A stretch of DNA of 64,000 nt, taken from Mustelus asterias. Its lineage: Eukaryota. Below, piece by piece: positions 26,243 through 39,159 of the stretch. The stretch lies in contig NW_027590192.1 of assembly GCF_964213995.1 (NCBI RefSeq), positions 558,001 to 622,000 on the forward strand, written 5' to 3'. The notes under the pieces are model-generated. The model saw only the letters and a program-made list of their open reading frames with translations, ran no database searches and was not told where the DNA came from. Each line of letters starts with the position of its first letter. The stretch's first letter is position 1. Both the position numbers and the translations under genes were made by a program.

Positions 26243-26489
26243 TTCCAGAGTTTGGATTCTGCTGTTATTGTTCCTGCTCTCAATTACATCCAGGATTGCA
26301 TTTTGTTCATTCTCACAGTTGGTCAATGGGAAGGGTCAGAGGGTTTCTTTGTGCTGGACTGGCTGGTCTCAGCCTCCAGTGGGTTGATGCTCTTTGAGTC
26401 TTTTTGCAAATACCTGGTTTCAAATGTCACAAGGATCACAGAATGACAGAGTGTTAGGAAGTTTAGAGATGTTTAGTCAGAAGAAAATA

Positions 26490-27545
26490 GAGGTTGGCAG
26501 TGCAAAGGTACATTTCTGAATGGAGGGCTGTGACAAGAGACATTCCTCAGCGATCAGTACTGGGACTTTTGCTGTTTGTAATATATATATAAATGATTTG
26601 GAGGAAAATGTAACTGGTTTGATTGGTAAGTTTGTGGACGACACAAAGGTTGGTGGAATTGTGGATAGCGATGGGGAACGGCAGAGGATACAGCAGGATA
26701 TAGATCAGTTGGAGACTTGGGCGGAGAGATGGCAGATGAAGTTTAATCCGGACAAATGTGAGGTAATGCATTTTGGAAGGTCTAATACAGATAGGAAATA
26801 TACAGTAAATGGCAGAACCCTTAAGAGTATTCATAGGCAGAGGGATCGAGGTGTACAGGTACACAGGTCATTGAAAGTGGTAATGCAGGTGGGGAAGGTA
26901 GTCAAGAAAGCATATGGCATGCGGGCCTTCATTGGCTGGGGCATTGAGTTTAAAAATTGGCAAGTCATGTTGCAGCTTTATAGAGCCTTAGTTAGACCGC
27001 ACTTGGAACCTCGTGTTCAATTCTGGTCACCACACTACCAGAAGAATGTGGAGGCTTTGGAGAGGGTACGGAAAATATTTATCAGGATGTTGCCTGGTGT
27101 GGAGGGCATTAGCTATGAGGAGAGTTTGGAGAAACTTGGTTTGTTCTCACTGGAACGACGGAGGTTGAGGGGAGACCTGATAGAAGTCTCCAAGATTATG
27201 AGGGGCATGGACAGAGTGGATAGTCAGAAGCTTTTTCCCAGGGTGGAAGAGTCAATTACGAGGGGCATAGGTTTCAGGTGCGAGGGGCAAGGTTTAAAGG
27301 AGATGTACAAGGCAGGTTTTTTACACAGAGGGTGGTGGGTGCCTGGAACTTGTTGCCGGGGAAGGTATTGGAAGCAGATATGATAGTGACTTTTAAGATG
27401 TGTCTTGACAAATATATGAATAGCATAGGAATAGAGGGATATGGTCCCCGGAAGGGTAGGGGTTTTAGTTCAGACGGGCAGCATGGTTGCTGCAGGCTTG
27501 GAGGGCCGAAGGGCTTGTTTCTGTGCTGTAATTTTCTTTGTTCTT
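26490..27545 (+). mobile_element. CR1 LINE 3' half
   Basis: IYINDL..KFVDDTK..LVRPHLE motifs plus the tail. Confidence 0.9.
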
Positions 27546-27559
27546 CGTTCTGTTTGGAA

Positions 27560-27920
27560 CATTCCAAATGCCCATCCAATTTCCTTTTTAATTGTTTATT
27601 GTCTCTACTTCCTCCACCCTCGTAGGCAGCGAGTTTCAGGTCATTATCATTTGCTGCATCAGAATATTCTTCCTCACATCTCCCCCCTCAATTCCCCCCC
27701 CACCCCACTGCCCCCCCCCCCACCCCCCCAGCCCCCCACTCCCCCTCCCTTGCATCCCTAACCCAAAACAAGAAATCTGTGCCCCCCCCTCGTCCTTGTC
27801 CCATCAGCTAATGGGAACAGCTTTTCTTTGTCCACCTTATCTAAACCTGTCAGAATCTTGTCCACCTCTATCAAATCTCCCCTCAACCTCCTTTGCTCCA
27901 AGGGGAACAACCCCAGCCTG
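27560..27920 (-). mobile_element. CR1 LINE fragment
   Basis: LEQRRLRGDLIEV. Confidence 0.75.
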
Positions 27921-28344
27921 ACATCGACAATAAAGAACAAACTAACAGAATAAGTTACTGTCTGAAATCAAATGGGAATGTTTAATTTCTGTTTTAAAGA
28001 TATTGTGAATGTATTGTCCTGGACAATAAAGGAATTGGAATAACTCACCGTGGGTGTGGTTGAATGGAATATGTCAATCTGATATCCACCTGCAGTCCAG
28101 TGAAAGTCTGGAATGTGTAGCTGGAAGTCCCTTCCTAACAGCACTGTGGATGTACGTGCACCTCAGGCATTGCAGCAGTTCATGAAGGCACCCTTGGGGT
28201 TGGGGTTGACCATGGCCAAGGCAGCTCCATACAGCCACATATTCTGTTATAATTGAAGGACTGCAGATTGAATGTGAGGCATTGTGGGACTGGACTATCT
28301 TGACCACATTCCTGTGACTGCCCGGAAACTCATGTGTCTATTTT

Positions 28345-29110
28345 AAAGCACAAAGAACAATACAGCACAGGAACAGGCCCTTCGGCCCTCCAAGCCTGCA
28401 CCGATCATGTGTTCCTAACGAGACCATCCGTTTGTATCCCTCTATTCCCAGTCTGTTCATGTGGTTATCTAGATAAGTCTTAAATGATCCTAGCGTGTCT
28501 GCCTCAACCACCTTGCTTGGTAGTGCATTCCAGGCCCCCACCACCCTCTGTGTAAAATACGTCCCCCGCATATCTGTATTGAACCTTGCCCCCCTTATCT
28601 TGAACTTGTGACCCCTTGTGTTTGTTCTTTCTGACCTGGGAAAAAGCTTCCAACTGTTCACCCTATCTATGCCCTTCATAATTTTATAAACTTCTACTAG
28701 GTCGCCCCTCAACCTCTGTTTTTCCAGGGAGAAAAACCCTAGTTCACTCAATCTCTCCTCATAGCTAATACCCTCCATACCAGGCAACATCCTGGTAAAC
28801 CTTTTCTGCACTCTCTCCAAAGCCTCCACGTCCTTCTGGTAGTGTGGCGACCAGAACTGGACGCAGTATTCCAAATGTGGCCGAACCAACATTCTATATA
28901 ACTGCAACATCATATGCCAACTTTTATACTCTATGCCCCTTCCAATAAAAGCAAGCATGCCATATGCCTACTTCACCACCCTTTCCACCTGTGTTGCCAC
29001 CTTTAAGGTTCTGTGGACTTGCACATCCAGATCCTTCTGCGTGTCTATACTCCTGATGGTTCTGCCATTTATTGTATAGCTCCCCCCCCTGCATTAGATC
29101 TACCAAAATG
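28345..29110 (-). mobile_element. CR1 LINE 3' end
   Basis: ORF 28338..28958. Confidence 0.9.
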
Positions 29111-29270
29111 GATGAATCCCAGTGGACCTACATCGGTCCCACCTGTTATGATGCAGTCTGGTAATTGCATCACCTGTCTTGTTATTAGCTCTTAAGGGGT
29201 TAATCCGGTTGTTCAGTTTGTGGTAACCCTGAATCTCATTAGTATGGTGGGCAATACCTTTGGCCACAAA
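29110..29270 (-). mobile_element. Second, diverged ERV integrase fragment
   Basis: WPKVLPTILMRFRVTTN*TTGLTP*ELIT..MQLPDCIITGGTDVGP aligns with the integrase at 32806..33189. Confidence 0.8.
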
Positions 29271-30711
29271 AGCCAGTGCATTATACATTTAACGACATAC
29301 CCCCCCCGCCTTGCATAGAAAGCTCAGTATAAATCAAATAACACTTTGTACATCCATTCATTTGGATATAATCCTATCAACAGACATCGCTTTCCTCATT
29401 ACAATCACATGCCATACAGCTCCGATCTTTATATGATGCATTCTTACATCATATCTAATTTGATCATTTGTTTGCCCACATTTGAAAGTGCGATGTGTAA
29501 GCAGAAATGATCCTTCTATCGACAGATTGTCTCATAAGGTAAACAAGTGTTTCCTGGTCACAGATGTGTATGCTGCCAGACACAGCTCTTTAAAAACACA
29601 GAAAACTGAATGAGCTATCTGTTGTGTTCAGTCGAATGCTGCAAGATTTTTGAGTCTGGTTGCAAAGCCAGTCTCCAACTCTTTCTCTCTCTCTCTCTCT
29701 CTCTCTCAAGCAATCCAATTTCACTTCCTGTCATATTAAGGTTAATTGTGCAAGTTATTACAAATTATGGCGAAGAATGGCTAGATGTTTGGAATAAAAA
29801 ATAGCCTTTTCTTCTACAGAATTATGTTTTATCAATACACAATATATATCAATATATAAAATTGGTTAAGGCTCTTCAGGATTTGATATATCCAAACCCT
29901 CTTAATTTAAGCCGTGTCCATTTTTAAACTGCTCCAGATCAGAATCCCTGCATTTTATAACAATACCAAGCACAATACATGTAACAACAACAATAGTTAC
30001 TTGATTAGAAATGTTTTGGTTTGATTCCTAGCTGGCTAGGTGCTAAAACCTTGAACAATATGCAATCCCACGGTAATATATAATTTGAACATCATACAAG
30101 CCTTGTAAGTCACATTATTATCATTTTATTTAAAACGAACTGGCAACACAAGTTCCAACAATTCATGGTGTTCGATGGTTAGCAACTAACGCAGATTAAA
30201 AATACTCAAGGCCAACATCTGTAGCTGTATTAACAACTGAGATTTTAACTGATTAATCTCTGCTGTAACTTGGAGTAATCAAAACTACCATTCACTAATT
30301 TGATAGACTTTAAACTGACTCATAGACAGTATTTTCACCTCATTCTTTTGTTCCTGCTTTTCTATTTTTTTTCACAAATTTACTTATTTTTAACTTCTCG
30401 ACTATATTCGTATACTTTCAACTTCAAGGCAAGGAAAGAGCACATGGTCCTTCCAAGGTCTAACTCCTTTCTTAACATGAAAACAGTGAAGCGAACAACA
30501 ACAAAACATTCACGCAACCACTTTGTTAAACACAGATATACATGGAAGCTTCCAACATTTATTCAGACTTAACATCTTAAACTGGGATGAAAGTAAAATG
30601 CTTGAGAATGCAGAACGTTGATTAATTGTCGGTTTTATTCTGCTGCCTTCCACACTAATTAAACTCAAAATGGAAGTAAATTCAAGAAATCGTATCACTT
30701 TAATCTCTAAC

Positions 30712-31312
30712 AGGGGTTGGAGTTTAAGAGCCGTGGGGTTATGCTGCAACTGTACAGGACCTTGGTGAGACCACATTTGGAATATTGTGTGCAGTTCTGG
30801 TCACCTCACTATAAGAAGGATGTGGAAGCGCTGGAAAGAGTGCAGAGGAGATTTACCAGGATGCTGCCTGGTTTGGAGGGTAGGTCATATGAGGAAAGGT
30901 TGAGGGAGCTAGGGCTGTTCTCTCTGGAGCGGAGGAGGCTGAGGGGAGACTTAATAGAGGTGTATAAAATGATGAAGGGGATAGATAGAGTGAACGTTCA
31001 AAGACCATTTCCTCGGGTGGATGGAGCTATTACAAGGGGGCATAACTATAGGGTTCGTGCTGGGAGATACAGGACGGATATCAGAGGTAGGTTCTTTACG
31101 CAGAGAGTGGTTGGGGTGTGGAATGGACTGCCTGCAGTGATAGTGGAGTCAGACACTTTAGGAACATTTAAGCGGTTATTGGATAGGCACATGGAGCACA
31201 CCAGGATGATAGGGCGTGGGGTAGCTTGATCTTGGTTTCAGATAAAGCTCGGCACAACATCGTGGGCCGAAGGGCCTGTTCTGTGCTGTACTGTTCTATG
31301 TTCTATGTTCTA
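30712..31312 (+). mobile_element. CR1 LINE 3' end
   Basis: ORF 30717..31229 and (ttctatg)n tail. Confidence 0.9.
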
Positions 31313-33183
31313 ACAGTTTGTAACGAACACTTCCCCAGCCTTTTCTTATCTCAGTTATTCCACTGCATTATTTCCCTCCTCTCTAATTATATTGATTTGT
31401 CAATTTGGTATTATAGGCCGCCTGGCATTTAATACAGTATCATGGTGGATCCATGTAACACATTTTAATTAGAATGCATTATGGCATTACACACACATGC
31501 CCATTCTACCTTATGTAACTGACTTCTCTGTTAAATTTTGACTCTATATCTTAAAATTACTGCACGTCTTATAACACGAAGACCCATCCTGTATAGGACA
31601 GGATGGATTAGTTCTCTGCTTGTTTCAGCAGAGAGGCGGAGGGGTAAATGCACTCAGCTGAACATAAACAAGTGATTAATCAGCACTTCAGATATGCAGA
31701 ATGATTCTTTCCATTTATCTTTCCAGTTTCAGTTCTATCAAGAATACATTTTCAAATTTAACAAAAACCTAATCCAAATAATCCACTTATTTTTATCACT
31801 TTTAGATATCGCTACTAAATTAAGACATTTACACTGTCTTACAGACTCTGCGGTCTAAGCTCAAAAGGTGCATAGTTAATTATTTCTACAGCTCTGCCTT
31901 TGTAATCAACACAGGCAGATACAAGATCGAATCTACTGTGTGCTTAAATGATTAACTCTCCTTACGGCTCTTCAGATGTAATGTAATGCTATTTTTCCCG
32001 CATTCCCCAAATCTCTGTCCGATGCACTATCGTAAAATTTCAACTTTGATCTGCTATACCCTATTCCACACATGAGGCTCTCGATCGCACACTTTCACCT
32101 CTCTCTCTCTCTCTCTCTTTTCCTTTGTCAAGAGAGGGAGAGAAACTTACAGCGTGCTGGTGTTTAACCCTTTACTATCACGCTTCAAACTAACCAAGTG
32201 AGCCTGATTTGACTTCCTTCTGTCTTTGCAGCGGCACCGGTGCTGGTGTCTGTCATATTTATCGGGGCAATGACGGCTACCTTAGATTTCTGGTGATTAT
32301 CTACACTGGGTCGATTCCACCACTCCTGTTCACCCGTATCGGTATTTTGGAACAACATTGGCAAGCCAGATACCTCTATATCTTTCCTTTGTTCAGCTTG
32401 CCGTACTAATCCTTTTGTCTTGGTCTCATCTTTCATTTGCAGTCTTTCCTGTTCTGATCTATCTCTTCTCTCTTTCTCATACCTCTCACATTCCCACGTC
32501 AATCTTTCCCAAGTCTTAGGGTTTCCCTCATTATCACATACATTGATCCCTCTTCTGCGTGTATTCTTCACTCTCTTAACTGTTTTGTTGCACATTACAT
32601 GTTTTCCGATAAAGAATACCAGTGTATTCTTTCAACTGGGTCCAGTGTTTCCAGACACCCCTGCCTTGCATATCTATGCAGGCACAGGTGTCTGCACTGA
32701 TGATAATCTTATAGGGGCCTTTCCATTTGGGGGCGAATCGAGGTTTTCTGGTAATGTTTTTACCATAACCTTGCTGCTCGCCGGGGGTTTTCTCCCGGGT
32801 CTGTTTCATTCATTGTACTCTTCTACCACTATTTGTTTGTCCTGTACTGTTTTCCGTATATCTTTTAATTGGGAGCTTAATTCTAATGCATATCGTCTAA
32901 TCCTGTCCCAGAATGGGCCTACATCTGCCCCTCCGGTAATGATGGACTCTGGCAGTTGCATTGCCCTTCCGGTCATTAGCTCATATGGTGTCAGCCCAGT
33001 GGTCCGATTTGTGGTGGCTCTGAGTTTCATTAATATGGCGGGTAATACTTCTGTCCATCTCTGTCCTGATTCCTGCATGGACTTTGCCAAGGAGGTCTTA
33101 AGTGTCCTATTCATACGTTCCACCATCCCCGAGCTTTGTGGGTGGTAGGGTGTGTGAAATTTCTGACTTATCCCCATCAGTTT

Positions 33184-33275
33184 GGCCATCAGAATGGTCT
33201 AGTGGGCACATGAGCGGCGCAGGACTGGAGGGCCGAAGGGCCTGTTCCTGTGCTGTATTGTTCTTTGTTCTTTGT
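33184..33275 (+). mobile_element. Tiny CR1 3'-tail insertion in ERV integrase, 7-bp TSD
   Basis: TCAGTTT at 33177-33183 and 33276-33282; removing the insert restores KVVKIICKLMGISQKFH. Confidence 0.85.
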
Positions 33276-35079
33276 TCAGTTTACATATGATCTTTACAAC
33301 CTTCCCCGTAAAGTGCATGCCTTCATCAGAGTCTATTTGCAAAAGCACCCCCATCTTGGGATAACTTCCTCAGCTAGTATTCTGGCCACTGCAGTGGCAG
33401 AACAATTTTTCGTCGGGAATGGTTTATACCCACCTGGTAAATTAGTCAATTATTACCAAGCAGTACGTTCTCCCGTGTGACTGCGGAAGAGGTCCTGTAA
33501 AGTCAATTTGCAGGTGTTCCCAGGTTCCCTTAGGGCGAGGTTGGTGCCACCTCTTGATTTGTACGGGTCTTCCGGGGTTGTACTGTGCACAGGTTATGCA
33601 CCAGTGACAATATCGGGCAATGTCCCGTCCCATTCCTTTCCACCACCATTCCTTCCCCATACTGGTCATCATGGCATCACTTCCCACATGTGACAGCCCA
33701 TGATGTAACCGCATCAGAGTATGCTGGATACATTCTGGGGCTCGGACTTTATCATTTAATCTCCATACCAACCCCCCTCCCCCACCTCCATCAGGTGTAG
33801 CTCCTTGAGCTTTCCACCTCACACGTTCTTCTTCAGGGGTATCAGCATGTAACTGTGAGATGTCTATCGGGGGTTCGGTTTTAGTCGAGGCGGCCGGCAA
33901 GGCCTGCACTTCCCCTGTTTCCAAGGCAGATCGTACCGCTTAGTCGGCTGCCTGGTTTCCCGTAAAGATTTACCACGCAGGACTTTGCTAGTCCGGTTCC
34001 TTGTGGTGTGATTTTACCTTCAATACCGCGGCTTCCGATGGGAGCTCGCTGACTCCCAATAAGGTTATTATTATCTGGCCATGTTTAATTGGAGTGCCTC
34101 CCATTGTGATAAATCCCCTTCTCCCCCAAACTGTCATATAGTCGTGTATAATTCCAAATGCATATCTACTATCGGCGTGAATGTTGACCCTTTTCCCCGC
34201 AGCCTCGGTAAAAGCCTGAGTCAAGGCTACCATTTCTGCTACTTGCGTTGACATGCCTCCCTCTATCCTTCCTGCTTGAACGATTTGTAGGTCCGCATTC
34301 ACTACCGCCCATCCTGTTCGTGGTGACCCATCTACATATTTCCGTGATCCACCAGCAAATAGGACGTTGTCTGGTGCCTCCAGGGGCACATCTTTTATTC
34401 TACCTTCCTCTACCTCTTCCGCCTCGTCCCCACACGTGTGTGGGTTCCCTTCACCAAACATTCCTTCTGCGGGGTTCGTTCTCATGTCTCGTACAATGGT
34501 GATGGACATAGTGGGTGGGAGAAGCACTGCCTCCCACTTCGCCCTTCTCATATTTGAGACAGACCGCAATTTTCCTGTGTTCAACTTTTCCACCAAAGGA
34601 TGTTTGGTGTGTAAAACAATATTCCCCGTCATGACGATGGGCTCGCTGACGTTCACTGCCCATGCTGCGCAATCCAATGTGGCTATGCATCTGCGTAACC
34701 CGGCTACTACGGAGCCCTCCACTGTGGAATAATGACCCACTGGCCGCTGCTTGTCCCCATGGACCTGTGTGACTACTGCCGAATAAAACCCCCCCTCGTT
34801 ATTACAATAAATGTGAAAATCTTTATTAGCGTTGGGCAGTCCAAGTCCCGGAGCTGTCATTAGTTCTGCTTTTAGTTTACTATATGCCTCTTCCTGTTCT
34901 TATCCCCACTCTATAACTTCTGGAGCGGGTTTCCCCCCTTTTACTAGCCTTTGCATTGGTTCGGCTAGCCTGGCGAATTCCGGTATAAAGTTGCGACTGT
35001 AGTTAAACAGTCCCAAAACCTTCCTTACCCGTCGGATGGTTACTGGTCTTGGCATTTGCTGAATGGCTGTTTTCCTGTC

Positions 35080-35357
35080 TGTGGTGAACCATAGATGGTT
35101 ACCACTATGGGTACTTGTACATATGTTACTCTTGTTACTGTTGGGGTTAGGGTTTGGGTGTTCCACCTGTTATTATTGTTTATGTGGTACATCCCGTTCG
35201 GCTCCGCCTTCTTATAGGAGTATAAAGGTCACTGCTACTTCCTAGTAGCCCTTAGTCTGGGATAATATTGTTAAGTAGGGTGCTCCAATATTGTTGTGAA
35301 TAAAAGCCTTTATTCCCGGGTACGTCCTAGCCTCCCGTGTGAATCAATCGCGCATCA
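35080..35357 (+). mobile_element. Solo LTR (278 bp) inserted in ERV RT, 5-bp TSD
   Basis: TG...CA ends, CTGTC at 35075-35079 and 35358-35362, internal TATAAA and AATAAA. Confidence 0.9.
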
Positions 35358-38073
35358 CTGTCCAATGGCATTCCTTTGGTCCCCTGGGATATCAGGTGTC
35401 CCAAATATAACACCTGCACTTTCCCTATTTGGGCCTTCCTGGGGCTCGCTTTTAGTCCCTGTTCTTCTAAGTGTTTCAGGACTGATGTTCCGTCTGATGT
35501 TCTTGTATCGGAGGGTATTAAGATATCATCTCCACACTGCAGAATTGTGCTCCCTTTTGGGACTTCTACTTGTTCTAAAACCCGGTGAAATATAACCAGG
35601 TTGTAGAAGCCTTTGCGGGAGCCTAGTCCATGTGTACTGTTTATCGCCCACGATAAATGAAAATTTATCTTGCAAATTAGGGTCCAGGGGAATGGACCAA
35701 AACCCATTGGCGATATCCAATACCGTGAAGATTCCATGGGATGGTGACAACCCGGTTAAAATGGTGGAGGGGCTAGCCACCATGGGGTATAGCTTGGGGG
35801 TCACTTTATTTAATCTGTATAATCAATGGTTAATCTATAGCTCCCGTCTGGTTTAGGCACCGTCCAAGTTGGTGGTACGAGTGGTTTCCCATAGGATCCC
35901 TCGCTTTACCAATCCCGTCGCAATTTCCTCGACTGCCTTTTTGGCTTCGGGCTTAATCGGGTATTGTTTATGTTCTGGCCCTACCACTATTATAGGGTCA
36001 ACTTTGACTAATACAGTATCTTGTTTCGTTTCCGCCCACACACCGGGGATGGAGGCGCAGATGGCGCCAAATCCAATAGGGTGGTTTCACTTCAGTAGGC
36101 AGGGGCCTTCTGTCCGTTAACACCCCTTATATAGATCCTTTTATTCGTGGTGGGCAAGGGTAGATCAGTGATAGATATGGAGGCTCCCATGTCCACCAGC
36201 ATTTCACATTGCCTGCCCCCTACTACTGCAGACACATAGATCCTACCCTCTTTTCTGCCCAGGCTTTCGGGGTCTGCCTCCCATCAGTACCCTCCCTCCT
36301 CAGTGAGGAGAGGGCGAAGCAGTTGACTCGGTCTGCCGTGCTTACTCCAACAGGTGGCCTCAGTGTGGCCAACATTATTGCAAAACAGACAGGTAGGGGC
36401 TTTTCTACTGCCCCCTTTTGGCGCTCTACAGCCTCTGGCAAAGTGACCCGGTTTCCCACAATTATAGCACGCACCCTTGGGTTTAGCTTCTCCACTGTTT
36501 GCACTAATTGTTTCCTGTTTTATTCATGGGTATGGTTTCTCATCTGGTCCGTCTCTAATTCCAGATGCCCATTATACTAATTCATCATAGTTCTGGGTAT
36601 TGAGCACTCCCATTTTAAGGATTCATTGGTGAGCTGGCGACAGCCCGTCTTTAAATGCTTGTAAAATGGCTCTATCTGTTCGGGCAGTTTCGGGTATTCC
36701 CGAACATTCTTGGTATATTCTTAAGAGTTGCTCCCCAAATTCGGAGGCTCCTTCACCTCTTTGTTGTTTAATATTGGTAATTCTGGACCAATTGGTTGGC
36801 GCATTACCCAAGACTCATTGGAATTCCGCCTTAAACCGAGAAAATGGCTCAATCATTGCCTCGATCTCTGCAGTTGTCACTGTCGCGTATGTCCACCTCC
36901 CACTTCGGTAATCCAACCGAGCTTGGTCGGCGACATTAGCCTGGTCCCCTCCGTCACGCATTAGTCTCCACTTATCCCGCGGGCAAGCAGCCCGTACCAA
37001 CTGGTGTATATCCCAAAAATGTAACTGGTGTCCAACCTAAATGGTGTCCAGTTCTGCCCAAAATTTGCTATTGTTACTCCGGGGCTGGAGCCTTCCCAGG
37101 GATGCCAAAATCAGTTGTCTTTCACCTGGGGTAAAGGGTTTATGTCAGGCAGTGGGATGCTGTAACGTTCCGGCCCGAGTTATGGGAGCGGGATCATGGA
37201 TCTCTTCCTCATCGGGGTCTCCCACTGGTGCCGTGGGTTGTACGGTCGGCCCATAGGGAGGCAAGAATCCCCTGACAGGGTCCTCTAAAAGTTGATTTCG
37301 CTTTTCTAATTCGCTGTTGCGTGTTTCCAACATTTTATTTTTTACTTTGTTGTCAGCCCATTTCTTACCCGAGACTGAGACCTGTTCAATTAACCCAGCC
37401 AATTGGTGAACTGAGAGAACTCCAATATCCTTAGTTCTGTCATTCTTTTCTTTCCCCAACCATTTTCGTTGTTGGTCTGGTGGGTGTCTAAATTCCACCC
37501 CCCTTTGTTGATCTGTTTAATGAGTTTGTCCCTCTTTAGCCATATATTCATGTATCAGGGCCCCCGGGCCCCACTGTCCTTGTCCCGCCATATCATTGAT
37601 AAGGTTATACTCACGATCCTGGAGCCTTCTATTCTCCTTTCTCGCTCCCCCCCTCCAAGGTTTCACTTATCCGAGTTCGGTGATACCTGTCAGGGGTGAT
37701 CAGATCCCTCCATACCACCACTTACACAATATTTTTATTAAGCCGGCTTTCACATGAAGGCTTGTCCTTCAACTCCGGCGATCACTCAGACAGTCTCTAT
37801 CTATCACTCACGTCTGAACATCACACCTCAGGCAACCCTGACACCCATTTCAAATTCCTAACATCAGCGTGGGAGATTTCTCGTCTTAACAGTCAGTTTA
37901 AGGCAGGGTACCAGAGTCAATTGTATCCTTGTCCATCTGTGCTCAGTTCAGACGTCTTTCATCAATTCAGACACTCTCTCATCACAGATGATTACCCACT
38001 ATATTTTGACCTACTTCTGTACTCTATTCCGGTGTCCCAGTCGTGGCCATTCGACTGGACCCGCAATCAGATT

Positions 38074-38091
38074 TCCCGGGTTTCGGCACCA
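38074..38091 (-). promoter_or_regulatory. Primer binding site complementary to tRNA-Phe
   Basis: TGGTGCCGAAACCCGGGA matches the 3' 18 nt of vertebrate tRNA-Phe(GAA) and lies 2 nt after the LTR end ...ACAACA. Confidence 0.9.
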
Positions 38092-38093
38092 TT

Positions 38094-39150
38094 TGTTGTA
38101 GGTAAAAATGCCTCTGAGTCTATTGGTCGGTCAAAATACAGTGGTCTATTTGCAAAATTGTGGGAGACCACCCGATGCCTAAAATGGCCTCTGACCTCTC
38201 AGCAAATACAGGTTAAAAACATATATTTATACCCCCACCCCGTCCCATTCAGTTTCTGAGGCATCACAGGTTCCCAGGCTGTGGCTTGTCTTCCATCATA
38301 GAAATCACAGAAACCCTACAGTGCAGAAACAGGCCATTCGGCCCATCGAGTCTGCACCGACCACAATCCCACCCAGGCCCTATCCCCATATCCCCACATA
38401 TTTACTCACTAATCCCTCTAACCTATGCATCCCGGGACACTAAGGGGCAATTTAGCATGGCCAATTAACCTAACCCACACATCTTTGGACTGTGGGAGGA
38501 AACCGGAGCACCCGGAGGAAACCCACGCAGACACAGGAAGAATGTGCAAACTCCACACAGACAGTGACCCAAGCCGGGAATCGAACCCAGATCCCTGGAG
38601 CTGTGAAGCAGCAGTGCTAACCACTGTGCTACCGTGCCGCCCACACTGTGCTACCGTGCCGCCCCATATGAATCTTGCTGCCTTGGCGGTATCTCCACGG
38701 TTGTCTCAAGGCCGTGACTGTTGTTCTCTGAACACAGGTGGGGCATCTTACGAGCGTACAAGGTTACAGTCTCCCACAAACAAGTTAACTGGCTTATAAC
38801 AATTTATATATGTTCGTAGGTACTTGTATAATGTATATCGATACAGGTTATGATGAATATATATGAATGTATCATTATACAATCACAAAAGGCCTACATG
38901 TAGGCTTCTACTGTTACACAGCGGTTACATATTAAAGAATACAAAATGCTGGGTGAGCCACATTCCGGAACAGATTAACCGGGAACAACATACTCTTGTA
39001 TACCACAGCTGCTACTCTTATCTGTTCTTGGATACATGGGCATGAAAACACACTAGCGTAAACATGAGTTCTACAGTGTTTCTCACACAATCTCTAAATA
39101 TCACAGACTTCACTTTGAAACTTTGAGTATTAGAATTCATTAACCCAATC
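38094..39150 (-). mobile_element. ERV 5' LTR (outer boundary approximate) containing an HE1 SINE insertion at ~38296-38665
   Basis: Ends in CA next to the PBS; TATA-like GGGTATAAATA near 38224-38234. Confidence 0.65.
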
Positions 39151-39159
39151 CTGTCTTCA

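Larger units (their letters stand above)
32576..38093 (-). mobile_element. Endogenous retrovirus internal region: gag (~37500-36500), pro (~36210-36110), RT (~36040-34900), tether and RNase H (34860-33988), integrase (33924-32576); many stops and frameshifts
   Basis: Gag MHR-like IKQQRGEGASEFGEQL; RT FTVLDIANGFWSIPL, YTWTRLPQ and LQCGDDILI; RNase H ADSRYAFG; IN HH-CC, LQIDFTG, IDSDEG, GMVERMN and WKGPY. Confidence 0.9.

Noticed and set aside
25173-26397. Long overlapping ORFs in alternative frames of ZNF-E (up to 296 aa)
   Set aside because: Expected by-product of a homogenised 84-bp repeat that lacks stops in those frames.
29280-29315. G-rich tract followed by TG as a possible PPT and 3' LTR start
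   Set aside because: The following sequence does not match the 5' LTR and instead encodes an integrase fragment.
32420-33148. 242-aa hydrophobic plus-strand ORF antisense to the integrase
   Set aside because: Most simply the antisense shadow of a purine-rich coding strand; there is no independent support without comparing other proviral copies.
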